From a virus (Duplodnaviria > Heunggongvirae > Uroviricota > Caudoviricetes), in the IMG/VR virus record IMGVR_UViG_3300034283_001314: 64,000 nt of DNA, one strand, 5' to 3'. This document shows, piece by piece, positions 30,306-39,791 of this stretch. The notes below the pieces were generated by a model that saw nothing but the letters and a program-made list of their open reading frames with translations, was not told the origin of the DNA and did no database searches. A program made the position numbers and the translations under genes. The number at the start of each line of letters is the position of its first letter. Positions within the stretch are counted from its first letter, which is position 1.

Positions 30306-31663
30306 TGCAAGCAGTAGACACATTAGAAAAATTTGGACAATCGTACCAATCTAAAGTCATAGCTGCATTATTATCCGACCTACCATTTCTTAACCAAGTT
30401 TCAGAAATTACTAGTAAGGATTATTTTGAGAGTGAACAGGATAAGTGGATTATTGAATCTATTTTGGATTACCAAAGTAAACAATTCGCTGCACCTACTC
30501 TTGATGTATTCAAAGTAAAGTTATCATCTCTAAGTTCCGAATCACAAAAGAAACAAATCGTAGATAGAATCAAACAAATCTATGATGTATTCGGTGCAGA
30601 GGATATGGAGTTTGTAAAACAAGAATTCATTAAATTCTCAAAGTTTCAGAAACTAAAAGCCGCAATATTTCAATCAGTAGACCTAATCAAATCCGAAAAA
30701 AGTTGGGATGAGATAGGAGTTGTAGTTCAGAACGCATTAAGGGCGGGAATGGAAAACAATTTAGGACATGATTACTATAAGGATATTGCAATGAGAATGG
30801 AAGTTACAAAGAGAAGTTCAGTACCAACTGGATGGAAACCTATCAATGAATTAATGGATGGAGGTTTAGGACCAGGTGAATTGGGAGTAATTGTAGCACC
30901 GAGTGGTGTGGGTAAGACTTGGGTATTGTGCAAAATTGCAGCCGATGCGGTAAGAGCAGGTTACAATGTGATGCATTATACTTTAGAGCTATCCGAAATC
31001 TATGCGGGAACAAGATACGACACTATTATGACTGGTATTCCATCTAACGAATTAAGAGATAGAAAGGAAGAAGTTGTAGCTAAACTTAAAAACCACAAAG
31101 CAAATCTAATGGTGAAATATTATCCACCGAGAGGAGCAAGTACTAAAACAATCAAAGCACATTTAGATAAGTACAAAGGATTTGGATTTAAACCAGATTT
31201 AATTATCATAGATTATGCGGATTTATTAAAGCCGGTAAACAAAAGAGATAGTACATACGCAGAATTAGGTGGTGTGTATGAAGAAATTAGAGGATTGAGT
31301 GGTGAGTTAGGTGTTCCAATTTGGACAGCATCACAAACAAATCGTTCAGCAATTGATTTCGAAGTTATTCAAGCTGATTCAATTGCCGATTCTTATGCAA
31401 AAGTAATGACAGCAGATTTCATTATGAGTGTAAGTAGAAAAGCAAAAGATAAATTAAGTAACACAGCAAGGTTTCACGTTATGAAAAATCGTTTTGGAGC
31501 AGATGGATTAACATTCCCTGCGAAAATGGATACTATGGTTGGATTGATAGATGTATTTGAACCACAATCATCGGATGGTGTGATGGCCCAAAAGGAATCT
31601 AATAATGGAAGTAACTTAGAAAAGAAACTTTTGCATAAAAAATATATTGAAAATATGGGTTAA
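30305..31663 (+). CDS. Replicative DnaB-like helicase (T4 gp41-like)
   Basis: GGLGPGEL..APSGVGKT, TLEL, IIDYADLL, WTASQTNR, KNRFG. Confidence 0.9.
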   Translation: MQAVDTLEKFGQSYQSKVIAALLSDLPFLNQVSEITSKDYFESEQDKWIIESILDYQSKQFAAPTLDVFKVKLSSLSSESQKKQIVDRIKQIYDVFGAEDMEFVKQEFIKFSKFQKLKAAIFQSVDLIKSEKSWDEIGVVVQNALRAGMENNLGHDYYKDIAMRMEVTKRSSVPTGWKPINELMDGGLGPGELGVIVAPSGVGKTWVLCKIAADAVRAGYNVMHYTLELSEIYAGTRYDTIMTGIPSNELRDRKEEVVAKLKNHKANLMVKYYPPRGASTKTIKAHLDKYKGFGFKPDLIIIDYADLLKPVNKRDSTYAELGGVYEEIRGLSGELGVPIWTASQTNRSAIDFEVIQADSIADSYAKVMTADFIMSVSRKAKDKLSNTARFHVMKNRFGADGLTFPAKMDTMVGLIDVFEPQSSDGVMAQKESNNGSNLEKKLLHKKYIENMG

Positions 31664-31819
31664 TAAGTATAAAACAATGTGAAAAAAAATATGAAAAAAA
31701 GTAGGTTTTTTTTATCCAAAATTGGTATCTATATATGAATATACCGATAGTTATAATTACTTTTCACACTTTTATCGAAAAAAGTTTTATTTATTAATCT
31801 TACAAAAAATTACAAAAAA

Positions 31820-33676
31820 ATGGACATTTCACAAAGAATCCTTTCGGACATTACGGTGTATATGAAATACGCAAAATATCAACCGGAATTAAAAAGGAGA
31901 GAAACATGGGACGAATTGGTTACTAGAAATATGAATATGCATATTAAAACGTATCCAAATTTAGAGCAAGAAATTAGAGAAACGTATAAATTCGTTTATG
32001 ACAAGAAAGTTTTACCATCAATGCGTTCAATGCAGTTCGCCGGTAAACCAATTGAAATGTCACCAAATAGAATCTACAATTGTGCATTTGCACCGATTGA
32101 TGATTGGAGAGTATTTTCAGAAATTATGTTCCTACTTTTAGGTGGAACAGGTGTAGGATATTCAGTACAAAAACATCATGTAGATGCATTGCCTGAAATT
32201 AGAAAACCAAATGCAGACAAAACTCGTAGATTTCTTATTGGAGATTCTATCGAAGGATGGGCGGATTCAATTTCAGTATTAGTAAAATCATATTTCTTTG
32301 GTGGTTCAAAGCCAGTATTTGATTTTAGAGATATTAGAGCTAAAGGTGCTCGTTTAATTACAAGTGGTGGTAAAGCACCAGGACCTCAACCCCTAAAAGA
32401 ATGTTTGATTAAGATTGAAGGTATCTTAGATTCAAAGAAAGATGGTGATAAATTAAAACCAATTGAAGTTCATGATATTGTGTGCCATATTGCAGATGCA
32501 GTATTGGCAGGTGGTATCCGTAGAGCAGCATTGATTTCTTTGTTCTCTGCAAATGACGAACAAATGATTAGTTGTAAGAGTGGTGCATGGTGGGAAACAA
32601 ATCCACAAAGAGGTAGAGCAAATAACTCAGCAGTATTAATGAGACATAAAATTGACAAATCGTATTTTATGGACTTATGGAAAAGAATTGAAGCAAGTGG
32701 AGCAGGTGAGCCTGGTATCTACTTATCAAACGACAAAGATTGGGGAACTAACCCATGTTGTGAAATTGCATTAAGACCTTTCCAATTTTGTAACTTATGT
32801 GAAGTGAATGTAAGTGATGTAATTGACCAGGATGATTTAAATGCAAGAGTAAAAGCAGCATCATTCATCGGAACATTACAAGCAGGTTATACTGATTTCC
32901 ACTATCTTCGTCCAATCTGGCAAAGAACAACTGAAAAAGATGCACTTATTGGTGTATCTATGACAGGTATCGGAAGTGGTGCAGTTTTGAAAATGAATAT
33001 GAAAGAAGCGGCAAAAGTTGTAAAAGAGGAAAATAAAAGAGTAGCAGATATCTTAGGTATCAATCATTCAGCAAGAACTACAACGGTTAAACCAGCAGGA
33101 ACAACCTCATTAACATTAGGTACAAGTAGTGGTATTCACGCTTGGCATAATGATTACTATATTCGTAGAGTAAGAGTAGGTAAGAACGAATCAATCTACA
33201 ATTATTTATTATTAAATCATCCTGAATTAGTAGAAGATGAATACTTTAGACCACATGATACTGCGGTAATTGGTATTCCACAAAAAGCACCATCGGATGC
33301 AATCTTTAGAACTGAATCTCCAATTCAATTATTAGAGAGAGTTAAAAGAGTTCATAGTGAGTGGATTAAACCAGGTCACAGAAACGGAAACAATTCACAC
33401 AATGTATCTGCAACGGTTTCTATTAGAGAACATGAGTGGATTGCAGTTGGTGAGTGGATGTGGGAAAATAAAGAATATTACAACGGACTTTCAGTATTAC
33501 CTTACGATGGTGGAACTTACATTCAAGCACCATTTGAAGATTGTACAAAAGAAAAGTATGAAGAATTAATGAAAGTTCTGCATGATGTAGATTTATCACA
33601 AGTGATTGAGTTAGAAGATAACACAGATTTAAGTGGTGAAGTAGCATGTGCAGGAGGTGCTTGTGAAGTTAAATAA
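31820..33676 (+). CDS. nrdJ: Class II (B12-dependent) ribonucleotide reductase
   Basis: YNCAF, GGTGVG, GGIRRAA, TNPCCEI, CNL, TTVKPAGT, C-terminal CAGGACE; no adjacent beta subunit. Confidence 0.85.
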   Translation: MDISQRILSDITVYMKYAKYQPELKRRETWDELVTRNMNMHIKTYPNLEQEIRETYKFVYDKKVLPSMRSMQFAGKPIEMSPNRIYNCAFAPIDDWRVFSEIMFLLLGGTGVGYSVQKHHVDALPEIRKPNADKTRRFLIGDSIEGWADSISVLVKSYFFGGSKPVFDFRDIRAKGARLITSGGKAPGPQPLKECLIKIEGILDSKKDGDKLKPIEVHDIVCHIADAVLAGGIRRAALISLFSANDEQMISCKSGAWWETNPQRGRANNSAVLMRHKIDKSYFMDLWKRIEASGAGEPGIYLSNDKDWGTNPCCEIALRPFQFCNLCEVNVSDVIDQDDLNARVKAASFIGTLQAGYTDFHYLRPIWQRTTEKDALIGVSMTGIGSGAVLKMNMKEAAKVVKEENKRVADILGINHSARTTTVKPAGTTSLTLGTSSGIHAWHNDYYIRRVRVGKNESIYNYLLLNHPELVEDEYFRPHDTAVIGIPQKAPSDAIFRTESPIQLLERVKRVHSEWIKPGHRNGNNSHNVSATVSIREHEWIAVGEWMWENKEYYNGLSVLPYDGGTYIQAPFEDCTKEKYEELMKVLHDVDLSQVIELEDNTDLSGEVACAGGACEVK

Positions 33677-33854
33677 AGATGATAAGGAATTATATTATTT
33701 GGAAAATGGTAAAGTGGTGTTCACTCCTGAGTATCACCTTCAACGAGGTGATTGCTGTGGGAGTGGGTGCCGCCATTGTCCATATATTCCAGTTGGTATA
33801 AAAGGAAATAAACAAATAAAAACAAAAGAAAATGGTAGTAGTGAAGAAATTTAG
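33648..33854 (+). CDS. Small Cys-rich protein (DUF5522-like)
   Basis: YHLQRGDCCGSGCRHCPY; true start may be GTG 33663. Confidence 0.65.
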   Translation: MQEVLVKLNKDDKELYYLENGKVVFTPEYHLQRGDCCGSGCRHCPYIPVGIKGNKQIKTKENGSSEEI

Positions 33855-34104
33855 TGCAACATGGTGTGGACCGTGTAGAGCATTAGCACCGGTTATGGGG
33901 CAAATTAAAGAAAGTTATGTTGGTAATTCAAATGTAGTATTTGAAGAATATGATGTAGATGTATATAACGAAGAAACTCAAAAATATGCAGTAACATCAG
34001 TTCCAACAATCATCATTGAAAAAGATGGTGAAGTAGTAGAACGTTTTACTGGGTTAAGTTCTAAGATAGCATATGTAAATGCTATAAATGAATCCTTAAA
34101 ATAG
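33832..34104 (+). CDS. trxA: Thioredoxin
   Basis: FSATWCGPCR, SVPT. Confidence 0.9.
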   Translation: MVVVKKFSATWCGPCRALAPVMGQIKESYVGNSNVVFEEYDVDVYNEETQKYAVTSVPTIIIEKDGEVVERFTGLSSKIAYVNAINESLK

Positions 34105-34141
34105 TTGGATTTATCAAATAAGTTTCGTAAATTAGAGTTAT

Positions 34142-35374
34142 ATGTATTTAGATTATTTTGATCAATTTAAGAATATGTCTCCATATCTGTATATTAACGC
34201 AGAACAATGGAATCATATCAAAGAAACTTATAGTAAAGAAGATGTGTGTGAGTCCTTAGCTAAAATAGCTATGGACTACCCACTTCCATATCAAGAAATT
34301 AGTGAAGAAGATGCAAGAAAAGAATATCTAGCATTGAAAGCAACTAGATGGAATGAATTACTTAGAGATGATGAGTGGTTTATCCGTAAAGCGGGTGATA
34401 GTAAATTCGGATTAGGATTTGAAGATAAGCAATTATATTTTAGACGAGTTAATACTGGAAACCAAGCATCAAATTATTTCCAACAAGCTAATAGATGGGG
34501 TGTAGATGGAACGGTATCACCAGGTCCTGATAGAACTTGGAGAACCTATGAGTTTATGTATACCTTAATGGGTGCAATGTATACTTTAAAGTTTGATGAA
34601 GTAAATAGAGGAAGTTTAAGAGTAGCATTATCACTTCGTAAATATATTTGTTCTCAGTTCAAACCAAATGTAGCAAAAGCATTATACGATTATTTCAAAG
34701 CAGAGACCGTATTAGATTTTGCAGCAGGATGGGGTGATAGATTATGTGGTTTCTATGCAAGTGAATATGGTAAACATTATGTTGGTATAGATCCTCGTAA
34801 AGAAAACCATCCAATTTATAGACAACAGGCAGACTTCTACGAAAAGAATAATGGATTTTTTGAAATTGAAAAACAATCTACTTTTGTGGAGAGTCCTGCG
34901 GAAGATTTTGATTACGAAGGATATGATGAATACTTTGATATTGCATTTACAAGTCCACCTTACTTTAGTGTAGAACGATATTCATATGATGATACTCAAA
35001 GTTGGATTAGATATAAAACAATTGATGAGTGGAATGAATTATTTTTACACAGAGCATTGGGAAAGATTTGGAAAACTCTTAAAAAGGGTGGAACATTGAT
35101 TGTAAATATTGCAGATGTTTATGCAAGTTCAAAAGGAACGGATAAAGGGTATAGAGCAATCACTACTCCTATGAACGAATTCTTGGAGAAACAAGAGGGG
35201 GCAGAATACTTAGGATGTATGGGTATGGAAATGGCAAAAAGACCTGGTTCTGCAGGTGCAGGAGCAATAATAGAGGGTGATGAGGATAGATACACCGAAG
35301 AAGCATTAGAAAAAGCAAGAGAAGCAGCTGATAAAACATTTTGTGAACCAATGTGGGTATGGCGAAAAAACTAA
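34142..35374 (+). CDS. SAM-dependent amino-methyltransferase (putative N4-C/N6-A DNA MTase)
   Basis: LDFAAGWGDRL and FTSPPYF. Confidence 0.75.
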   Translation: MYLDYFDQFKNMSPYLYINAEQWNHIKETYSKEDVCESLAKIAMDYPLPYQEISEEDARKEYLALKATRWNELLRDDEWFIRKAGDSKFGLGFEDKQLYFRRVNTGNQASNYFQQANRWGVDGTVSPGPDRTWRTYEFMYTLMGAMYTLKFDEVNRGSLRVALSLRKYICSQFKPNVAKALYDYFKAETVLDFAAGWGDRLCGFYASEYGKHYVGIDPRKENHPIYRQQADFYEKNNGFFEIEKQSTFVESPAEDFDYEGYDEYFDIAFTSPPYFSVERYSYDDTQSWIRYKTIDEWNELFLHRALGKIWKTLKKGGTLIVNIADVYASSKGTDKGYRAITTPMNEFLEKQEGAEYLGCMGMEMAKRPGSAGAGAIIEGDEDRYTEEALEKAREAADKTFCEPMWVWRKN

Positions 35375-36111
35375 AAGTATTATACACAAACGGAGATTCA
35401 GTTAGTTGGGGTTCAGAATTAAAGGACAGAACTAATAGATTCTCTACATTAATAGCCAAAGAAAAAGATTTGGTAGATTTTAATGTAGCTAGTAGTGGTA
35501 TATCTAATGATAGAATTTTTAGAAATACTATGAGAGATGTTTGTAAATTCTTAAATGGTGAACCAATATACAATGAAGAATTAGGTTATGTTAAAGTAGA
35601 TGAAATGTTTGTTTTACTTTCATTTACTGCACCGACTAGATTTGATTATTTTGATGGTGAGGTTTTTATTAGAGAACATTTGTGGTCAGATAAAGATAAA
35701 TGGGGTAGAACTGATGCAAATAAACAAAATGATAATAAATATGTTATAAATCATTCACATTTAGCACCTTCTTTCGTTAGAATATTTCAACAAATAATAT
35801 CCCTAACAAGTTTTCTTAAATCAAATAATATTCCGTATCTTTGTATAAATGCATTCTTTGAATATAATATTGCTGAGATAGCAGATGTAAACAAAAATAT
35901 AAATGCTGATAAAGTATCTAATCAGTTTGATGATATTGAAGATTATTTTGGTTTATTAGATTTATATAAACATATTCCACAATCATTTAAGGATATAAAC
36001 TTAACAACGTATTTAAAAGAGTTCAATGATGTAGATATGTTTGAAGAAAGAGGACATCCATCACCAAAAGGACACAGAGCAATAGCAGAATTATTAAAAA
36101 ATAAAATTTAA
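35353..36111 (+). CDS. SGNH-fold-like protein
   Basis: NGDSVSWG, SGISNDRI, GHPSPKGH. Confidence 0.6.
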   Translation: MGMAKKLKVLYTNGDSVSWGSELKDRTNRFSTLIAKEKDLVDFNVASSGISNDRIFRNTMRDVCKFLNGEPIYNEELGYVKVDEMFVLLSFTAPTRFDYFDGEVFIREHLWSDKDKWGRTDANKQNDNKYVINHSHLAPSFVRIFQQIISLTSFLKSNNIPYLCINAFFEYNIAEIADVNKNINADKVSNQFDDIEDYFGLLDLYKHIPQSFKDINLTTYLKEFNDVDMFEERGHPSPKGHRAIAELLKNKI

Positions 36112-36114
36112 AAA

Positions 36115-37239
36115 ATGTTACCAAAAGAGAATTACAGATTATATAGTCCAGCACATGGTGGAGAATTTCCAGTTGAGAAATACCTATCAGAAAAGACAGG
36201 ACATTCAGTTAATTGTGTTTACTATGGTAGTGGTGTTGTGTTCGATACGAAAGTAATTGAATATTTAAAAAATAATGGAGCAAAATCTATTTATGAAAAA
36301 AGACATTACTATGAACCTGATACATTTTCTGTTACTGAAATGTTTGAATTACAAATAGGTGAACACGTAGCGGTAATTGGTTTTTCAAATAGAGCAGATG
36401 ATGATTATCCTGGTGAAGAACCAGATGAAGAAAAAATATCAAAGTTAAAATCAGCACCTTTAAAGGGATGGATTACTACTACATCACCTATTGATGATGT
36501 GTTCAAACGATTACCTGAACTATCAACTTTTACAAAGAAAGATATGAAAGGACAAATTCATTTATTAAAATCAACATCATATGGGTTTGAAACTGAAGCA
36601 TTTGATTTGGGTAAACCAATAATTGATTTAGATTTAAATTACGGAACTGATTTTAGTAAGATGCATACAAATATTGTTGAAACTATTCAAGGTAAAAACG
36701 ATAACAAAGCTAAATTAGTATTGTTACACGGATTGCCAGGAACAGGAAAGACAACTTATTTGAAATACTTAGCACATGAATTGGGAAAGAAAGTTTTATT
36801 CTTACCACCAATTATGGCAGAGAGTATTGTTAATCCAGATTTTGTTCCTTTCTTAATGGAGAACAAAGATTGTGTTTTGATTATTGAAGATGCTGAGAAA
36901 GTAATCGGAGATAGAAATAATAGTGGTAGTTCAGTTGGAGTTTCTAATCTATTGAACTTAAGTGATGGTATTTTAGGTGATATTTTAAACATACATGTAA
37001 TTGCTACTTTTAATATGGATAAAGAAAAGATTGATAGTGCATTATTAAGAAAGGGTAGATTGATTGCAGAACATAAATTTGGTAAGTTAAGTTTAGAAGA
37101 TACACAAACTTTACTAAAGAAATTGAATAAACAAACTGAAACAACCGAAGGATTGACATTAGCTGAGATTTATAACATAGATAATCAGCAAGACAAATCA
37201 GAGGAAGATAGACCTACAATTGGGTTTAAAAGATATTAA
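36115..37239 (+). CDS. AAA+ ATPase
   Basis: LHGLPGTGKT, LIIEDAE, LLNLSDG, IDSALLRKGRL. Confidence 0.9.
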   Translation: MLPKENYRLYSPAHGGEFPVEKYLSEKTGHSVNCVYYGSGVVFDTKVIEYLKNNGAKSIYEKRHYYEPDTFSVTEMFELQIGEHVAVIGFSNRADDDYPGEEPDEEKISKLKSAPLKGWITTTSPIDDVFKRLPELSTFTKKDMKGQIHLLKSTSYGFETEAFDLGKPIIDLDLNYGTDFSKMHTNIVETIQGKNDNKAKLVLLHGLPGTGKTTYLKYLAHELGKKVLFLPPIMAESIVNPDFVPFLMENKDCVLIIEDAEKVIGDRNNSGSSVGVSNLLNLSDGILGDILNIHVIATFNMDKEKIDSALLRKGRLIAEHKFGKLSLEDTQTLLKKLNKQTETTEGLTLAEIYNIDNQQDKSEEDRPTIGFKRY

Positions 37240-37289
37240 TATTTATAAAAGGTTGATAATCAACAAGTTATAAAAAAATACCTTAAATA

Positions 37290-37321
37290 TTTGGTAAATT
37301 AAGATAATTGTTGTATCTTTG
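37290..37321 (+). promoter_or_regulatory. Consensus Bacteroidota promoter upstream of tmRNA
   Basis: TTTG(37290)-N20-TATCTTTG. Confidence 0.75.
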
Positions 37322-37345
37322 TTAAAGAGAGTTCATTGAAATATT

Positions 37346-37711
37346 GGGGATGCTATGGAATTGATTGCAATGTAAATGGTAGTACCACACGTGGAGAGAA
37401 GTGCTAGTTCTCCTTAAATCTGCACAAAACAATAACTGACGAAATGTCAACTATGACTTACGATGACCTTATGGCCTTCGTAGGTATGGATTACGCTGTA
37501 GCAGCATAACCAATCCCGTACACATCATGGGACTTTAAATAGAATGTGAAACTAAGTTTACCGAAACTTTAAATCGGTTGGTGGAAAGTTGGACTAACCA
37601 TCCGACCTCAATTATTTTGGAAAGTGAATAAGATTAAACTTTATCTAAACGTGTGATATGCTGGTATTATTAGTTCTTTGTAAGACACGAGTTCGAGTCT
37701 CGTCATCTCCA
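37346..37711 (+). ncRNA. ssrA: tmRNA; tag (A)DEMSTMTYDDLMAFVGMDYAVAA* at 37438-37509
   Basis: Acceptor GGGGATG/CATCTCC-A with G3.U; T-arm acgag-ttcgagt-ctcgt; ataact before the resume codon; tag ends YAVAA-stop. Confidence 0.92.
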
Positions 37712-37717
37712 CAATAT

Positions 37718-37789
37718 CGCGGTGTAGAGCAGAGGTAGCTCACTAGGCTCATAACCTAGGGGTCAGTGGTTCGAATCCGCTCACCGCAA
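37718..37789 (+). tRNA. tRNA-Met(CAT), probably initiator (C1.A72 mismatch)
   Basis: ctagg-ctCATaa-cctag; ggttcgaatcc. Confidence 0.85.
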
Positions 37790-37896
37790 CAAATGTTAGG
37801 GTTGAAGCCATCAAATAATAAAACCGATTGAGTGGAGCCAGACCATTAAGGAAAGGCATAAAGCCGGACACCTTAACAAAAAAATCCCCAAAGAAA

Positions 37897-37928
37897 TTTG
37901 GTAGATTGAAAAACTTAATGTATCTTTA
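37897..37928 (+). promoter_or_regulatory. Bacteroidota-type promoter
   Basis: TTTG-N20-TATCTTTA. Confidence 0.65.
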
Positions 37929-38003
37929 CTATATAAGATTGAAACTTATAGGTGATGAAAGATACTCGGTATTCAATCTTGGGAGAAAAAAGTTGTAAAA
38001 ATA

Positions 38004-38035
38004 TTTGGTAAATTTAATGTTTTAATTTATATTTA
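38004..38035 (+). promoter_or_regulatory. Bacteroidota-type promoter upstream of the large ncRNA
   Basis: TTTG-N20-TATATTTA. Confidence 0.6.
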
Positions 38036-38084
38036 CATATATATAACAACAAAGAAGTTCTTTAAATTATTAAAAATATTCTAT

Positions 38085-38950
38085 ATAGTAACCTTGTGTT
38101 ACATAATAGCTACCGGCCGCATATGGTCGTTAAATAAACTACGAAAGTAGGATAAAGTGGGTGTATTAAGTGATACGCCGGCGGCTCCTTCCCCGTAAGG
38201 GAGAATAGCTTAAGTATGCAAGTGGGATATTATTTAGGCTTTGTAAGTGGGGGTAACACTACCATTGAAGAGTTTGAGTAACTAGGGTATTGTAGATACT
38301 TTAGTTGAGGTGGGAACACCAATAAGAATAACCCATAGAATATCAGTAAGAAGTGTAGACTTAATCCCTCTACATAATTGCGGTATTCATTATTAGAGTG
38401 GTCTTAACATCAAACTATACGAAAGGTAGTAAGATAAGACTGTGTACAGGTGGTGCTGTTACTATCCTTTTATAAATCGTACCAACGATTATAAATGAAG
38501 ATGACTCAAAATAACGCAGTAGGGATATTGCATCGAGTAGTATAGTATTTCGTTGTTCAAAAGATAACGGAGCTGGTGGCAAACCACTACTTGAATCATT
38601 CTACAAAACTAAAACTCAATTTTTTATTTCGGTATAAAAAACTACAATTAAAAATTAAGCTTAAGTGTTTGCCAGTTATAGACGAAAGGTGTGTACATAG
38701 TTAAGAGTTGTTCTTAGCCACGATACTTCCGCAAGAAGTCTGTGATTCTTTCGAAAAACTTCTAATCCCGCAAGGATTAATTAGGCTGATAGGTTTAAAG
38801 AAGCGTAGTAAAAAGAGAGTAGTTTATAACTCAAAGATTGGTTGACTCAATTAACCCACATTGAATTGGTACTACTCAAAAGGTGGTGGAAACGGAAGGA
38901 ACTAATAATCTTTCTAAAGCTGGTTCTCAATATGGAGTATTCTCATCCCT
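38085..38950 (+). ncRNA. Large ornate structured RNA, GOLLD-like (boundaries approximate)
   Basis: No ORF in the track; many hairpins with GNRA loops (ctac-gaaa-gtag, ccc-gtaa-ggg, ggtg-ggaa-cacc, acttcc-gcaa-gaagt, taatccc-gcaa-ggatta); size and location among phage tRNAs fit GOLLD. Confidence 0.6.
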
Positions 38951-39098
38951 ATTTTATTTTATCATAATGGTTAGAGTTGGTTCGATTCCAATAATGATAG
39001 CAAAGTAATTTATCGAGGCTTGTATTAACCGGAGCATGACTTGACGTGGCGTATTTTGAAGATTGATTACTTTTTTAATTCGATTATAGTTATAACAA

Positions 39099-39167
39099 AT
39101 GAAAGCATTAACATTACATACACTTTGTAGCACACCGAATCAGATTTGGGGTGGCAGAGATATGTAA
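39099..39167 (+). CDS. Putative 22-aa attenuator leader peptide MKALTLHTLCSTPNQIWGGRDM
   Basis: ATG with A-rich upstream context; stop overlaps an antiterminator arm; composition mirrors the downstream tRNAs. Confidence 0.6.
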   Translation: MKALTLHTLCSTPNQIWGGRDM

Positions 39168-39198
39168 AGTTAGGCTAGATTTATATTAAGAATTTTAG

Positions 39199-39236
39199 AA
39201 AACCCTGACTTTAATTAGTTGGGGTTTTTTGTTTTT
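39199..39236 (+). terminator. Intrinsic terminator/attenuator directly before the tRNA array
   Basis: aaaaccctgact-ttaatt-agttggggtttt then ttgttttt; tRNA-Asn starts at 39237. Confidence 0.8.
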
Positions 39237-39308
39237 GGGATGGTAGCTCAGCGGCAGAGCAGATGACTGTTAATCATCAGGTCGAGATATCGTAATTCTC
39301 CCTTCCCT
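39237..39308 (+). tRNA. tRNA-Asn(GTT), atypical T-loop
   Basis: gatga-ctGTTaa-tcatc; T-loop atcgtaa. Confidence 0.75.
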
Positions 39309-39326
39309 CAATTGTTTATTTGATAT

Positions 39327-39399
39327 GCAGATGTCGTATAATGGCTCATTACTCCTTCCTTCCAAGTAGGAGACGGAGGTTCGATTCCTCTCATCTGCT
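39327..39399 (+). tRNA. tRNA-Gly(TCC)
   Basis: gcagatg/catctgc; ctTCCaa loop. Confidence 0.85.
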
Positions 39400-39479
39400 C
39401 AAACGGTTACCAATCCGGAACACGCCTGGAAGTTTAGTGTATTAGCACACCGGGAAATGGTGATAACAAAATTGGAAAT

Positions 39480-39552
39480 TGTCGGATGGTGTAATTGGTC
39501 AGCACAATAGATTTTGATTCTATTAGTTTTGGTTCGAGTCCAGGTCCGATAA
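39480..39552 (+). tRNA. tRNA-Gln(TTG)
   Basis: ataga-ttTTGat-tctat. Confidence 0.85.
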
Positions 39553-39557
39553 CAAAA

Positions 39558-39631
39558 TGGGAATTAGCGTAGTCCGGTATCGCGCTAGCTTTGGGAGCTA
39601 GAGGCCGTAGGTTCGAATCCTGCATTCCCAA
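39558..39631 (+). tRNA. tRNA-Pro(TGG)
   Basis: ctagc-ttTGGga-gctag. Confidence 0.9.
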
Positions 39632-39636
39632 CATAT

Positions 39637-39709
39637 AGGAATATAACTCAGCTGGTAGAGTGCTAATCTGATACGTTAGATGTCACAAGTTCGAATCTTG
39701 TTATTCCTA
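39637..39709 (+). tRNA. tRNA-Ile(GAT)
   Basis: ctaat-ctGATac-gttag. Confidence 0.88.
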
Positions 39710-39715
39710 CACACA

Positions 39716-39786
39716 TCCGGTTTGGTGCAATGGTAGCATGTAGGTCTCCAAAACCTTTGATTACAGTTCGAGTCTGTAAACCGGTG
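39716..39786 (+). tRNA. tRNA-Trp(CCA)
   Basis: aggt-ctCCAaa-acct. Confidence 0.88.
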
Positions 39787-39791
39787 CAAAT

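Noticed and set aside
31664-31819. Cobalamin riboswitch before nrdJ
   Set aside because: Too AT-rich and no B12-box seen.
37935-37980. Hammerhead ribozyme (gtgatga...gaaa)
   Set aside because: Lacks CUGAUGA and the three-stem arrangement.
38085-38950. rRNA, RNase P RNA or self-splicing intron
   Set aside because: No recognisable conserved cores by eye and no interrupted host gene; needs cmscan for formal exclusion.
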